Shown here: positions 40,266 to 54,000 of the stretch, one piece after another | How the letters are laid out: every line of letters begins with the position of its first letter | How positions within the stretch are numbered: position 1 is the first letter of the stretch | Source: the human T2T-CHM13v2.0 reference genome, Homo sapiens | Direction: 5' to 3' (one strand) | Assembly (NCBI RefSeq): GCF_009914755.1 | Contig: NC_060931.1 | Length of the DNA: 64,000 nucleotides | Position numbers and translations under genes: made by a program | The notes under the pieces: generated by a model | Seen by the model: the letters and a program-made list of their open reading frames with translations, nothing else | Database searches by the model: none | Told to the model about the DNA's origin: nothing

Positions 40266-41199
40266 CTATTGGAACCTTTTAAAAATACACACCTCTCAAA
40301 GTTGAGTGAGAAGTCACAGAAAACAGGCACCATTAGATCATGTCCTGTGCTCCACTGTCAATGAGACAGGGAGAATCTGAAGCATCAGAGGCTGTCCTAA
40401 CCATAATGCCAATGAATACTCTGAGAATCACATTTCAGGGACCGCAAGAACCACTGATCCGTTAATATTGGCAACACCAACGCTTAGTGCTTCCAACCTG
40501 AAAATGCTGCATCTGGAATTTCAAATTAGGCATCCCTGATGAGAAAGTGAGATGCAGAGTAAAGGGCAAGGAGATGGTCAAAAGCAAGAGGTATATTCAT
40601 TTAGACCTCTGCCAGTGGGACTGGCACTCGGCATGTCTTCTTTTCTCACCTAGACATTTCTGTCTTTCTGACTAGGAGTAATCATGGGTGGTGGTTCCGT
40701 TCAGGGAGAATGAAATAACTGTGGACCCCCAAGCTCATTTGAGCTAATAGCTTCAAAATACTTGGGTAGATGCCCAAATAAGTAATGAAATGGACTAGTT
40801 TTAGTTTTAGCTTTTTGTGCTTCCACTGCGCATCTCTGGTGGAGGGAAGGCTGAGCAGTGGAATGGCTAAGGTGCAGGGAGTCAGGGATAGGAAGAGAAA
40901 GACCCAGGTGATCTTCAGACTGGATAACCAGCCCCTGCGGGCTCTGGAGCTGATGGTAATGATAGGAAGCAAATCCTGAAGGTAAAGGTTATAAGACAGT
41001 CCTAAGGGCGGGAAGGGTGAGGAATGAAATCAACTGCAACGACAAATGTAATTTTTAAGATAACCAATGAGAAAGAAAAAGATGAAAATTAGCTTGATGA
41101 AAAATGGATATAGTGACTCTTTCCCCATTTCCTTTAGCATCTTTCAGAAGACGATCGTTTTAGGGCAGTCCCCACATGATGGTGACAGGACAATCACTC

Positions 41200-42075
41200 T
41201 TTTGGAGATCATTTTTGAAATTATGGCAAAGTCAAGGGCACCCGCTGTAAGTTCCTTCGCATCCTCTTCTCCATCTCCAGCTCTTTGCCTGTTCTGAGCT
41301 CCTGTCTCTGAAGAATCTCTCTACTTCCATTGTGAGTTCATCTCCCTGTGCCCTTGGTCCCTCCTGCTGCCCTAAAGTCTCGCTCTATCAGGAACGCATG
41401 CTCCCCTTGGATCTTCCAGCTCTCCTTTCCGGGACCTGCAAGCATGTTTGGATCGCCCCTTCCTTCAAAACACATGCCTTAGGCCTGCTCCCCAATCACC
41501 TTACCGACCTCAACCCCTCCTTCCTTTCATTAGTAAACGTTTTAAAAGAGTACTATCACCAGCTACCTGTCTCCTTGACCTTGGGCCAGCTGCTGGTCGC
41601 CTTTTCCCAACACTGTTGCCTGAGGGCTGTCAGCGCCCTCCCTGTAGCTGCGTCCCCGGCCTTTTCTCCTGGATCATCGTCTCTGTTGCTCTGGACACTA
41701 TGGACATGTTTCTTTCCTGTGTCACCCTGTACTTCCTGGGATTTTGTGCTGTCACCCTTTTCCCTTTCTCCTTTTCTAGGACATCTTTGCCACTTCCTCT
41801 GCCCCACAGATTTAGGTCTCTGCAGAAGTTCACTTCTGGGTGTTTTTCTCTTATTTCCTATTTTGTATAGTCTTTCTTCCAATAGTCTCGTCTGCTTCCT
41901 CTGTTTCAATTAAAGCCTCTAAGCAGATGTCTTTGAGTTTCATTGGTTAGACCTTTCTAAGGTGCCTAAATTGTGGGGTCGTGTCAGGATGAGATTGTGC
42001 TTTTGATTGACCTTTGTACCCCCTAGCATAATGTCGTAAATATAGTAGAAGCTCAGATGATATTTGCTGAATAGC
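41200..42075 (+). mobile_element. Degenerate L2 fragments
   Basis: Pyrimidine-rich L2-like body ending GAAGCTCAGATGATATTTGCTGAAT. Boundaries uncertain. Confidence 0.45.
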
Positions 42076-42121
42076 ATTTGTATCCCCAAACTATTGGATG
42101 GTGGGATGTTGGGATCTCTCA

Positions 42122-42914
42122 TTTTTTTTGTCTTTTTTTTTTTTTTGGTAGAGATAGTGATATAGAAGTTAAAAAGAAATTGTTTAGGCAGATAGAAAGG
42201 GTTAGGAAGTCCTCAGTAATGTTTTCCTTTTAATGACTAGCAGCCCTCAAATCATTTCTTTTCTAACAAAGAGCAGCCTGTAACCTCAAGCTGCAGACAT
42301 AGATAAGCAAGCTGGAAGCTTGCACCAGTAAATGCTGGCAGCTCTGCCAATAGGAAAAGGCTACCTGGGGGCCAGGAATGTTCAACATGGTGGCTCTAGC
42401 TTCCCTTTTCTTTGTCAACCAAGTGTACAGTAAGGAGCAGGCAACATGGCACCAGCCAGGTAGAGACCCCATCTGTATAATAAAAGATTAGGGTGGGATG
42501 GCTGGCCTCTTCGTGCACTACGCAAGTGTCACACTTGGTCTGACCAATCTCTTGAGCCCTGTGTAAATCAGACACTGCCTCCTCAAGCTCATCTATAAAA
42601 CCCTGTGCATTTTACCACAAAACCGGAAGACCCACTCAGGTGCCTCCTGTCTCTGCAGGAGAGAGAGCTTTTCTCTTTTCTCTTTCTTTCGCCTATTAAA
42701 CCTCTGCTCTTAAACTCACTTCTTGTGTGTCTGCATCCTCGATTCCCTTGGCGTGAGACAACAAACCTTGGGTATTTAACCTAGACAATGATGCTACTTT
42801 AATAGAATCTTGCTATGTTGCCCAGGCTGGTCTTGAACTCCTGGCCTCAAATGATCCTCCTGCCTAGGCCTCCCAAAGTGTTGAGATTATAGGTGTGAAC
42901 ACTGTGCCCAGCCG
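42122..42914 (-). mobile_element. FLAM/Alu left monomer split by an LTR (42122-42157 and 42802-42914)
   Basis: TTTTTGGTAGAGATAG | AATCTTGCTATGTTGCCCAGGCTGGTCTTGAACTCCTGGCCTCAAATGATCCTCC...CCCAGCC. Confidence 0.9.
42158..42801 (+). mobile_element. ERV1 solo LTR (MER51-like, MER4 group), 644 bp
   Basis: TG start, TATA-like CTATAAAA, polyA signal ATTAAA, 4-bp TSD ATAG at 42154-42157 and 42802-42805. Family assigned from recall. Confidence 0.85.
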
Positions 42915-43529
42915 GGATCCCTTGTTTTGATGTCCTCTTGACATTGTGGTGAAGGGAAGCCAAGTAAATCTATAACCTTTCCCCTCCAAGACGCTGTCCC
43001 AAGAAACAGCCCTGGTTCAGGACAGTTGGTAGTCTGCCCTGTGCCAGTTCTCATAAATGACAGAGAAGCTTTCAGGATAGAAATCCTGGGAGTAATTGAG
43101 TCATGATTGGCACCCCCTGCACTGTTCCAAACTGACAACAAATGGGCATGGCAGCATACGCCTCTTCCAAGTGGCATCTAATTTCTCGAAGGTGACTTTA
43201 CATTGCTTTACAGAGGCTGGCACACTGATTCAGGAGAGCCTACAGGGAGTCGCACCTGAGCCTGGTGCCTGACTGCAGCAGACAGCTGCCTAGTTAAGGC
43301 AAATTTTACAGTTAAATTGTGTTCTGCTTGGGAATTGGAAACTACTGCAGAAGGACAAATGCAAATGCAATTCCAGTGCAGGGCAGGAGCTTGTTAAGAG
43401 ACAGCCCTGCTGCAAAACCTGAAATCTCCCTGGTTTCTGTTCAACTATTGCTTTGGGGAAACTCATGGGCCATTTTCTGAGGGGCTTTAAGGGAGGGAGG
43501 ACAGAAGTAGCTTCAGTGCAATATGAATA

Positions 43530-43975
43530 ACATGGGCTTTGGGGTGTGACCATGTCCATGTTATTACAAGCACAAGCATCAACCTGCCTGGTTTTAAATG
43601 CTGGCTCTACCACTTACAGGCTGGATAACCTTGGGCAAGTTACTTTAAATCTCTGAGCCTCAGTTTCCTCATCTGTAAGCTCTAAATAATAATACTTACC
43701 TTGTTAGAAGTTAAAAATACATAGATATAAAAACCTTAGCCCAGTGCTTGACATATAAGCCTTCAATCAATGCTAGCAATTTCACCATTATTATTACTGA
43801 ATAATTGTGAGACCTTGAGCAAGTCACTTAACCTCATGGTGTCCTTTTCTCCATTTCTTGGGGGTGGTTTTGTGAGCATTAAGTAAAAAAAAAAAAAAAA
43901 AAATCTATGAAGCATTTGGCACAGGATGGGCCCTTCATAGGTGCTAGCTATTACTGTTATTATTATAAATAGCTG
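43530..43975 (+). mobile_element. Two tandem MIRs
   Basis: ACCTTGGGCAAGTTACTTTAAATCTCTGAGCCTCAGTTTCCTCATCTGTAA and GACCTTGAGCAAGTCACTTAACCTC. Confidence 0.85.
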
Positions 43976-44129
43976 GATATAAACAAATTTGCTTCGCATA
44001 CCTTAGGGTAGTGGGTACCTGCTGGTGAGGGCTCCCTGGAGAGCCAAATACATCCAAAAGAGCAAGAAAAGGACAAAGTCAGCATAAAGTTTAAGAGAAA
44101 AGGTCAAGTAAGACGGACCTGGTTTTCCA

Positions 44130-44295
44130 GTAAATGATCTGACCTCCCTCCAATGCGGCTTCCTTCTCTGTGAAATAGGGATCGCAATGACAATAGCCCT
44201 TCTGCGGAGTTGTGGTGAGGACCACCGTGCTTGTCAAGTGCTCAGACAGGAACTCTGACACACGGTCAGTGCCCATAAAATGTAGCTGTTGGTAT
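44130..44295 (+). mobile_element. MIR
   Basis: TTCCTTCTCTGTGAAATAGGGAT...GGAGTTGTGGTGAGGA. Confidence 0.6.
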
Positions 44296-45553
44296 TGAGA
44301 ATGGTGGGCGGGCGGCAGGGTTAGTGCAGGATTATTGGGAAAGGGTTGAAGAGAGTGGGGAGGAGGGAAGGGGTGGGAAGAACAGGAGGGGGAGAGAGTT
44401 TTGCTGAACACCACCTAATAGAGATCCTAACTTGGAGGAGACAACCCTGTGTTTTGTCTGAGACTGCCTTTACCCTTCATGTGTCCCCTGAATGCATCTC
44501 TCATGGTGCCAAGAATAATGTCTTTTACAGAGGAGGTCATCAACAGATATTGATGGAATTAGAGGTTACCTCAGAGAGAGGATATGTGTTTGATCACTTC
44601 TTCAAGGTTCTGGAACTCAAGACCATGGTGTTCCAAAAAATGTTCATGTCTGGGATGGGTGTATGAGGTAGGGGGAGTCTCGGAATGCCAGCCATTCTTT
44701 CCCACCCATTACTGTGAACCAGAAGGATCTAATACATCTCCATGGGTAATGGTTTGATTCTTGACCAAAGAGGGTGGCACAAACCCAGAAGTGAGTCTTG
44801 TGAGAGCAACAGTCGAGCTCATTCAAAGTTCATTTGCAGCATATGCGGGGTGTCCCCACAACCTGGCAAGTCACAATTTAAAAGGAGACAGCAACACAGA
44901 AAGAAAGGAGTGAGTTTTACTCAGTGTGGTGCTGGGTGAGCCTGCACACTCGCAGGCCCGCTGCAAGAAAAGCTCTGTGAGTCTGGGATAGAGCTGAGTT
45001 CTACATCATCTGCTCATTGGCCAAATTGCAATGGGAAGGAAGGGCTGTTTATTTTCCTCCCAGAACAGGAATTCTCAGAAAATCGATTCTCCCTCATTGA
45101 CAATGCATACTAAGTGATTGAAAGGCCATTAAACCCATTAATGGGGTGCTCTTTAAATAAAATAAGTCCCTAAAAGGGATCTTAGACTTGGCAAAGTCAG
45201 TAGAGCTGACAGTGTGCTGGGCCTGCCCAGGGACTGTAAATATACCAGAACAAATATAGGAGAGCAGGAGGGGGGCATGCAGACAGAGGATAAGGGAGGC
45301 AGTGACGACGAATAGCGTGGTGCACAAAGGACAAATGTTGCCAGACAAGCTTAATGGCTTTTATTTTATTTTTGACAGCATTTACAAAATGAGTAAATGA
45401 AGGGAAGTTTGCATCTTGATTTCAGTTAAACATTTGGCATTGCATCCCACCAAATTTCATGCACAAAATTAATTCAAATTGTTTTGGATGGAAGTGTGGT
45501 CACATGGGTGAAACTTGGCTGGCACTCCCTCCCTGAGCAGCAGGGGGAAGAAG

Positions 45554-45567
45554 GCGCCCCCTGCTGC
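45554..45567 (-). promoter_or_regulatory. CTCF core motif
   Basis: The reverse strand reads GCAGCAGGGGGCGC, a 13/14 match to CCASYAGRKGGCRS, with CpG retained. Confidence 0.6.
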
Positions 45568-45639
45568 GGTCAGCATGGTGGCAGAGCCTTGTTCTAATTC
45601 TCATCATAAACTGGGCTCCTCATTCTCTGGCTCCCCCTC

Positions 45640-45669
45640 TAATAATAATAATGATAATAATAATAATAA
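45640..45669. repeat. (AAT)n microsatellite
   Basis: Seen directly in the sequence. Confidence 0.9.
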
Positions 45670-45730
45670 CTTACATTAATTGATCACATACAAGTTCACG
45701 ACATTTTATCTTATTAAGATAAAGTTAATC

Positions 45731-46012
45731 GGCCGGGCGCGGTGGCTCACGCCTGTAATCCCAGCACTTTGGGAGGCCGAGGTGGGCGGATCACGAGGTC
45801 AGGAGATCGAGACCATCCTGGCTAACACGGTGAAACACTGTCTCTACTAAAAATACAAAAAAATTAGCCGGGCGTGGTGGCGGGCACCTGTAGTCCCAGC
45901 TACTCAGGAGGCTGAGGCAGGAGAATGGCGTGAACCCGGAAGGCAGAGCTTGCAGTGAGCGGAGATCGCACCACTGCACTCCAGCCTGGGTCACAGAGCG
46001 AGACTCCGTCTC

Positions 46013-46041
<29 letters not shown>
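45731..46041 (+). mobile_element. AluY
   Basis: Y diagnostics (GACCATCCTGGCTAACACGG, GAATGGCGTGAACCC), ~29-nt A tail, TSD AAAGTTAA. Confidence 0.97.
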
Positions 46042-46044
<3 letters not shown>

Positions 46045-47089
46045 AACATTTCTCCGTAGTTCTTTTGGCCCCAGACATTTCTCTTTACTCTGTCTTCCTT
46101 TTTAAGCAGCTGTGTCGATCACCTCTGGGGACAAATGGGATAGAGTGTAGAGGATGTGGGGTCATGGGCAAATGTTTGGGAGAAACAAGAAAAGGCTTCG
46201 CTCCTCAGATGAGAAAGAATTTTTCGTGAGAGGCGATGTGAGCAGACAGGATGGAGGGCGAGGGTGGGGCCGTGCACCTGCTTTCCTAGGCAGAGGGACT
46301 GCCTGCAGGTACCACAGCCCAGACAGGGAGTGGCCTGGGGAATCCCCACAGAGACTCCTGCCACCTGCATGGTTCAGAGCCAGAGCAGCCAGGTCCAGAT
46401 GGACCATTTGGGCAAGAATGTAGACCCTCGGGCAGCGACATTGCAGACTGAGTGGGGTGAGCTGGCTGCCTGCTGTGCCGTCTTTTCACAGAAAATGAGT
46501 TGAGTTATGAGAATTTTTTTCTGGCACACCTAAGATTGTGGAGGCATTATTAGCTCAGTGAGTCTGCACCGAAATGCTGTAACGGACAGTTCGGAAAATG
46601 GAGGCAAAGGCAGGTAAAGCAGTGGAGCCAGACGGGAACTAACGCAGGAATGCAGGAGCCCCTCTGCTGAGATTCTGCCCACCCCCAAGGGCAGTGAGAG
46701 CTTCCTGGTTCTATCCAAGTTACTCTTTCATCGAAGGGAAGGACCACTTGGTAACTATGGTGAATGCAAATAAACAGCCCCTCTGAAGAAGGCACTGATA
46801 TTCCTGAAGCTCTGTTTCTTTTTCTGGTGCTGCCCCATAAAAAGCTGATCTCATTCCCTCATTCATTGATTCTTTTGTTTATTCAGTGACCTGTGTTGAG
46901 AACCTATTATATGTCAGGCGCTGGGCAGACAAGCCTAAGTCAGGCACAGCCTCAGCTCTCCGAGAGCTTGGGTGCTGGTAAGGGTGTACACACACATAGG
47001 CAGTTTTTTTTCAGGGTTATTTTTACTTTTTTAAATGTCCTGAACATGCTCCCTTCGTTGATCTATCTCAAATAGCATTTAACTAAATC

Positions 47090-47385
47090 TTTTTTTTTTT
47101 TTTTGAGACGTAGTCTCACTCTGTCGCCCAGGCCAGAGTGCAGTGGCGAGATCTCGACTCACTGCAAGCTCTGCCTTCCGAGTTCACGCCATTCTTCTGC
47201 CTCAGCCTCCTGCGTAGCTGGGACTACAGGCGCCGGCCACCACGCCCAGCTAATTTTTTGTATTTTTAGTAGAGACGGGGTTTCACTGTGTTAGCCAGGA
47301 TGGTATCGATCTCCTGACCTCGTGATGCCCCCGCCTCGGCCTCCCAAAGTGCTGGGATTACAGGCGTGAGCCACCGCCCCCGGCC
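47090..47385 (-). mobile_element. AluY
   Basis: CACTGCAAGCTC, TTCACGCCATTCT, GTTAGCCAGGATGG. Confidence 0.97.
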
Positions 47386-47444
47386 TAACTTAATTTTTAA
47401 AATGTATCAGATTCAAAGTTTAATATTTGATTTTTTAAAAACCA

Positions 47445-49140
47445 GTAAACTCAACATATATTTGGTCAATTGAGTTTTGACAAAGGTTTCAAGGCAAACC
47501 AATTGGAAAAGGACAGTTTTATTAAATAAATGGTGCAGAAACAACTGGATATCTATTTTTTTAAAAAGAATCTTGACTCTTACCCCACACTATCACTTAA
47601 ATGTAAAAGTTGAAATTATAAAACTTATAGAAGAAAAGATAGGAGTAAATCTCCATGATCTTGTCTTACGTAAAGTTTTCCTAGGACACAAAAAGCACTA
47701 ATCATTTTTGTAAAAAGATAAATTTAACCTGATAAAATTAAAAATGTTGATTACTTGAAAGACTTTATAAGAAAATGAATAGGCAAATAAGATATTCACA
47801 AAACATATATATGACAAAAAGCATGTATCCAGAATATATGAAGAACTCTTACAATTCAATAACAGGAAAAATAACTCAGTTTTTAAAATAGACAAAAATA
47901 TGAACAGTAACTGATATGGTTTGGATTTATGTCCCTGCCCAAATCTCATGTCGAATTATAATCCCCATGTTGGAGGAGGGGCCTGGTGGGAGGTGATTGG
48001 ATCATGGGGGCGGATTTCGCCCTTGATGTTCTTGTGATAGTGAGTGAGTTCTCGTGAGATCTGGTTATTGAAAAGTGTGTAGCACTCCCCCTTCTCTCTT
48101 TATTCCTCCTCTGAAGTAGCAAAATGTGTCTACTTCCCCTTTGGCTTCGGCCATGATTTTAAGTTCCATGAGACCTCCCCAGCCATGCTTCCTGTACAGC
48201 CTGTGGAACTGTGAGTCACTTAAACCTCTTTTCTTTATAAATTACCCAGTCTCAGGTAGTTCTTTATAGCAATGCAAGAATGGACTAATGCAGTAACTTC
48301 ACAAAAGAAAATATATAAATGGCCAAAAGCACATGAAAAGATGCTTAACATCACTAGTCATCAAGGAAATAGAAATTAAAACCACAACAAGGTATCACTA
48401 CATACCTTGAGAATGGTTAAAATTTAAAAAGACTCACAATCCAAGGTGTTGGTGAGGATGTGGAACAATGAGAATGCTCATACATTGTTGGTGGAGATAC
48501 AAAAATGGTCCAACTGCTTTGGAAAACAGTTTAGTAATTTCTTATAAAGTTAAATATACTGTTACTATATTACTCAACAATTCCACTACAGTTCTTGTTA
48601 GTTAACTGAAAGAAACCAAAACATATGTCCACACAAAAATTTATGCATGAATTTATTGATAATCATTACAAACTGGATGTTTCCAGTTTGCCCAAATGTG
48701 TATCAACCATTGAGTGGAGAAGCAAATTGTAGGATATCCACACAATGGATGTCCTTTTCCTACTCAGCAGTGAAAAGAAAAGGACTGCTGATGCCTGAAG
48801 CAAAACAGATGAATCTCAAATACATGATGCAGAGTGGAAGAAGCCAGATACCAAAGACCACATAATATTAATATGAGTTCATTTATATTAACTCATAGAA
48901 AAGGTAAAACTAATCTACGGTAGCAGAAAGCAGAGCAGTGGTCTCGGGGTTAGGGATGGGGGAGAATGACTACAAAAGTACACAGGAAAGCTTTTTGGTG
49001 ATAGTAGTAGGCTGTTTCTTGATTGGGATGATGGTTACATGATGGGTGTACACAGCTGTCAAGACTCATTGAACTATCTACTTAAAGTGGAGGCATTTGT
49101 GTAGAGTTAGACCTCAAAAAATGGATTTAAAAATAACAAA
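47445..49140 (+). mobile_element. Old L1M (ORF2 end plus 3'UTR) interrupted by an MST LTR
   Basis: AAATAAATGGTGCAGAAACAACTGGATATC, AAAGCACATGAAAAGATGCTTAACATCACTAGTCATCAAGGAAAT, GGTGAGGATGTGGAACAA. Confidence 0.88.
47912..48292 (+). mobile_element. MST (MSTA-like) MaLR solo LTR
   Basis: TGATATGGTTTGGATTTATGTCCCTGCCCAAATCTCATGTCGAATT ... GGACTAATGCA. Perfect 5-bp TSD GTAAC. Confidence 0.94.
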
Positions 49141-49599
49141 CCAGTAAAAAGTAATAAAAAAATTTGAATAAATAATCACATTTTATTTTTATCAAGGGTT
49201 CAAAATATATACACTAATTCCTTAACCAAATTTTCTCATAAAATAGAACAGTGTTACATGTAAGAAAAGCTCCTCATCTTGGCCATGTTCTCACTGCTAT
49301 GTAAGGCATTTGAAGGTGAATGATACATTCACCGTCAAAATCAGAAACAGCAGGGGAGGAAGAGCTCCCTTAAAATCCTTGAGGGAATCATTCAATTCCT
49401 ACTTATTGCCTTTTTTTTTTCCTTCCCAAGTGCCCAGGAGAGGTAGGACACTGGCCATTTATCTACATAGTGCCATGAAACTCACAAATATTCAATCTGC
49501 TGCCTCCCCTCTCCTTCCAGATTTCCACAGTGGTATAGAGTGTGAGACTGACTGGCTTCCCATTAGAGCCAGGAGAAGGGAAAAGGAATTTCCACACTG

Positions 49600-49830
49600 G
49601 CTTAAGAAAAGTACTGTCTGATGAAGAGTCAGCTTATTTTATTAACTGATGAAATGGCAAAAAGTTTATAATTAAACATACTATGTTTTGCTTTGAACAT
49701 TATATTTCATTGACAAAAGTGTGCATTTTATAGCGGGCTGCTGACATCTGTTATAAACAAGGCTCTAGAATGGCGTCTGGGTGCATTCCCCCTTCCATAA
49801 AACGAGATTAAAGTGCCTTTGTGCTGTTGG
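49600..49830. promoter_or_regulatory. Candidate conserved non-coding element
   Basis: AT-rich, repeat-free block with TAATTA, CTTTGAA, TGACA, CCATAAAA (49795-49802) and CCTTTGT. Inference only. Confidence 0.35.
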
Positions 49831-50942
49831 AGGGATGCCTACGGTGTTCCATGGAACACGCCTAGAAAACAGAAGCTCTGTGGACACCAAGTGCTTCCTG
49901 GGAGGAGTCCTGAAGGTACTGAAGGAAGACGGAATTAACTGCAAAACTAAGCTCTGTCCCCCTTTGGGAATTTGTTAAGTTGGCAGGGGTTGATTTTTTG
50001 TTCTGGTTTTCAAATTGAAAGGCCTCTTGCATGACCCGTGTTTTAGAGAACACAGAGGCAAATACCAAATTGTGTGTCCTTGTGTTATCTTAGATCATGA
50101 AACAATAGATTTGATTCCTTTGTAAGTTCCACAAAGAATCCCCCTTCACCTGGGCTCCTGTCTGGACGCTGGGGGGTTCTCATTGGCAATTTGCATGTAG
50201 TTCTGGGTGAGGTCCCCTATGGATCAATATCTGCCTTCACCCCTGCCATTTTGGGAGGTAGGAAATAGGCCCAGATGCACAGACAGTGGAAATAAAAACA
50301 CTGCCCTGTCTAACTGTTATGAATATGTTGGGGGAGGTGTTGTGTGTGGTGGGGAGCAGGGACCTGTGCTGTTGAAGATCTGTTCCTGACCAAGTATCCC
50401 TGTGACAACAGAGGAGCTATTTCTCTCTGATGGAACAAGGAGTAAGAGAAGCCCCAGAGATATTCAAGGTCACCCTCTGTGTCCACTGTGTAGGCAAACA
50501 AGGCTTCTCCCTGGGATTGTTTTTCTTTGTACTACCTTCAAAATATAGACAGTTTTTAAAGATCTATTCTTGGGCCTTATCTCTTCTCTTGACACCTGGC
50601 AATCTCATTTTCCTCCATCCAGCATCTGCTCTGCCCTGATACTGAGTCTGTGAAGGTGACTGTAACCCAGGCAGGGCCCTCTGTGTGCTCACAGTCAATA
50701 CCGGAGGCCACACATGGCCCCTGATGTAGTGGCAAGTGTACTACAGAGGTGAGCTCAGGGTACCCACCACAGGGATGGCGTGACGGAGGGCAAGATGCAG
50801 GGGTCAGGGGAATGTTTGTAGAGATGTGATGACCTGAAGTTGGGGAGGGGAAGGGCATTCCAGCAGAAGGACCATTATGAGGAAAGGCATCATATAGCTT
50901 GGTTAATTACAAGTATATTAGCTTGAATTATAATATTACTAA

Positions 50943-51295
<353 letters not shown>

Positions 51296-51339
51296 CAAGC
51301 TTTTTAAAATACTTCTACTATCCATCAAAACCCAGTCCC

Positions 51340-51633
51340 AGTGATACTTCCCCCAGTAGTGTCACTGGGGTCATTCCTGACCTCTCTTCGTGGAAACAAC
51401 CTCACCTTCCTCTGGACTTTCATAGCATATGGCTTAGGACGTTGATTTTCTTAACTAGTAGCCTAGTTAATAAAGCATTCTTGATAAACTGTGTTTAGCT
51501 ATAAGGTCTGAGGGTCTGGATACCAACAGAGTCATGTTTCAGCCCTCACAGCACTCAATAGAATATCTTGCACATATTTGCTACTAAAAAAATATTTGTT
51601 CTATGAATGAATGAATGAATGAGTGAGTGAATG
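51340..51633 (+). mobile_element. L2 3' end with (TGAA)n tail
   Basis: AAATATTTGTTCTATGAATGAATGAATGAATGAGTGAGTGAATG. Confidence 0.65.
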
Positions 51634-52835
51634 GTCTCTTCAGGTGCTGTTGTGGGAACTCACTATCACTTTTTCCTTCTCAAAGCCACTAGTTGAGATT
51701 TAGAATTCAAACCCCCTTTCTGCCGAGTATAAGTTTTGTGGAGGACAAGGCATCCCCACTGCTGTCCAGGGCCATGGCATATCTTCTAGCTCGGCCCAGG
51801 TTAACCCTGTGCAGCAGGCTGTTTTAATCTTCCTTCACTTCCCTCACTTCCTCTTTTTTCTAAAGCCTCATTCCTGGAAAAGTTATTTCTCAGAGTTCCC
51901 TGTCCTTCTATCTAATGGCTTCTAGGTGCCCCCTTGATTTCAGGGTGACAATGCCTTTCTTGAAATCACCTCACCCCAGATAATGAACTCCCTGAGTTTT
52001 GCCCAGAGAATGTTCTAGATATTCATACCTGGTACACAGTGTTTCTCTCCTCCCCCTTCATGTCTTGGAACTGAATTCCTTTAAATGCTTCAAGCTTCAC
52101 ACACCTGCCCCTGCCTTCCCTCTTCCCTGGCTCTTACCTCTCCCACGGCCCCTGAAAATCAACGTTTATAAAACCTTACATTTTGAGTAATCTTGGTTTT
52201 TTTTCCATTCCATATATCATGAAAAGCACTTGGCTAATGTCTCACGTGATAAGAAAGAGTTGCTTTTGCTTCATTCAGCTCCACGTTGCTCATATTCTGT
52301 CCTATTCCCTTATAGAAATGACTTTCCCCTTGAGCTCCTTCAGATAAACTAAAGTCCAGAGTTTCATTTCATGGGCACTGATATTAATGAGCGCACATTA
52401 TATGCCAAGCATTGTGATAGTTTGGTGGCAAAAGCAGACGTGTGGAGAAGAATTTATGGGTTAAGTGCCCAGGGAGCAGGAAAGAGTGTGTGCGGGGGGA
52501 GGTCAGATTTCAGGGAGGTTTCATCCAGCAACTGACTCGGGAGCTCAGTGTTGCTAGAGAAGATGGAAGTCGCTAGGTAAGGTGGATGGGATAGTGGTGG
52601 GAGGAGATGGAAAGCATTTCAGGCAGAGTGGGAAGATACAGGACTGGCCTTATTTATGAAGCCCTTTCTCTCTCTCTCAGGATTCCTACTCTGTTGCCTT
52701 GGGAATTTCACTTATCAGACATCTGGTCTCCCCAACTCTAGTTTAAGTGTCTTAAGAATAAAGATGCTTGTCATTTCCTTGGGATTCCTTAGGAAATTAC
52801 TAGAAAGTAGCAGGCACTATTAAGTACATACGTAT

Positions 52836-52905
52836 TGAAAGATCACCTTATATCCTATAAATATGTACAATTATTATTTGTCAACTAAAATTAAAACTTT
52901 AAAGA
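52836..52905 (+). mobile_element. Very short L1MA 3' tip
   Basis: ATCACCTTATATCCTATAAATATGTACAATTATTATTTGTCAACTAAAA. Confidence 0.7.
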
Positions 52906-53633
52906 AAGAGAAAAAGGAGAGCAGATGCTGGGTAGGTGTTTGATGAGGGAGTGACGAGGGAGTCTGTATGGGAGGGTTCCTTTAAATGGAGTGTTTCTCC
53001 TCCTGCATAAAGATAGCTCAACTCCTGCCTTGAAATGAAGAGTGAACAGACGATCAATAGCTTCTTGCATCTGGCCTGGGTGTGGTAACGTCTAGGCCAT
53101 TAATATGCTGTTGGGCCCTTCCCACCGACATTTGTTTCCCGAAGCTCTGCTGCAGCATTTCTGAGTTGCTTGGCTTTGCTTCCTACCTTTGCACACCCTC
53201 CGGGAGGAAGGGCTCTCTCTCTCATTCTCTCCCTCTGTTTATGAACAAGGTAATGTGTGTCAAATTGCCTTGGCTTAACCAGGCAATTGTGCACCTTTAA
53301 AAGGTACCAGGAAATGTTTCTCTGCGGTCAGATTGGCCCATAATGCACATCTGTTCTCTTGACCAAACTCCAGCAATCTGCCCTGGCTTAGCTGCAGGCT
53401 GCACAGCCTGCTCCTGGCTGGAGTCCCAGGCCCAGCAGGGGAGTTTCTGCGAGGTCAGCCACCTGGGTTTCTGGCTGTCTCAAGGCACCGAGGGTGCTGG
53501 TCAAAGGACTCAAGATTTGTGGTTCCCACAGCTTCAGGGCGTCCCCAGGAAATCTACAAAAACTCTGTGGGGACAGGAGGAAAAGGAGGGGAGAAGTGAA
53601 GAGGATTTGTCTATAGAGAAAGGATGTTCACTG

Positions 53634-54000
<367 letters not shown>

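Noticed and set aside
41332-41913. 193-aa Leu/Ser-rich ORF
   Set aside because: Pyrimidine-rich degenerate L2-like DNA with a non-ATG start.
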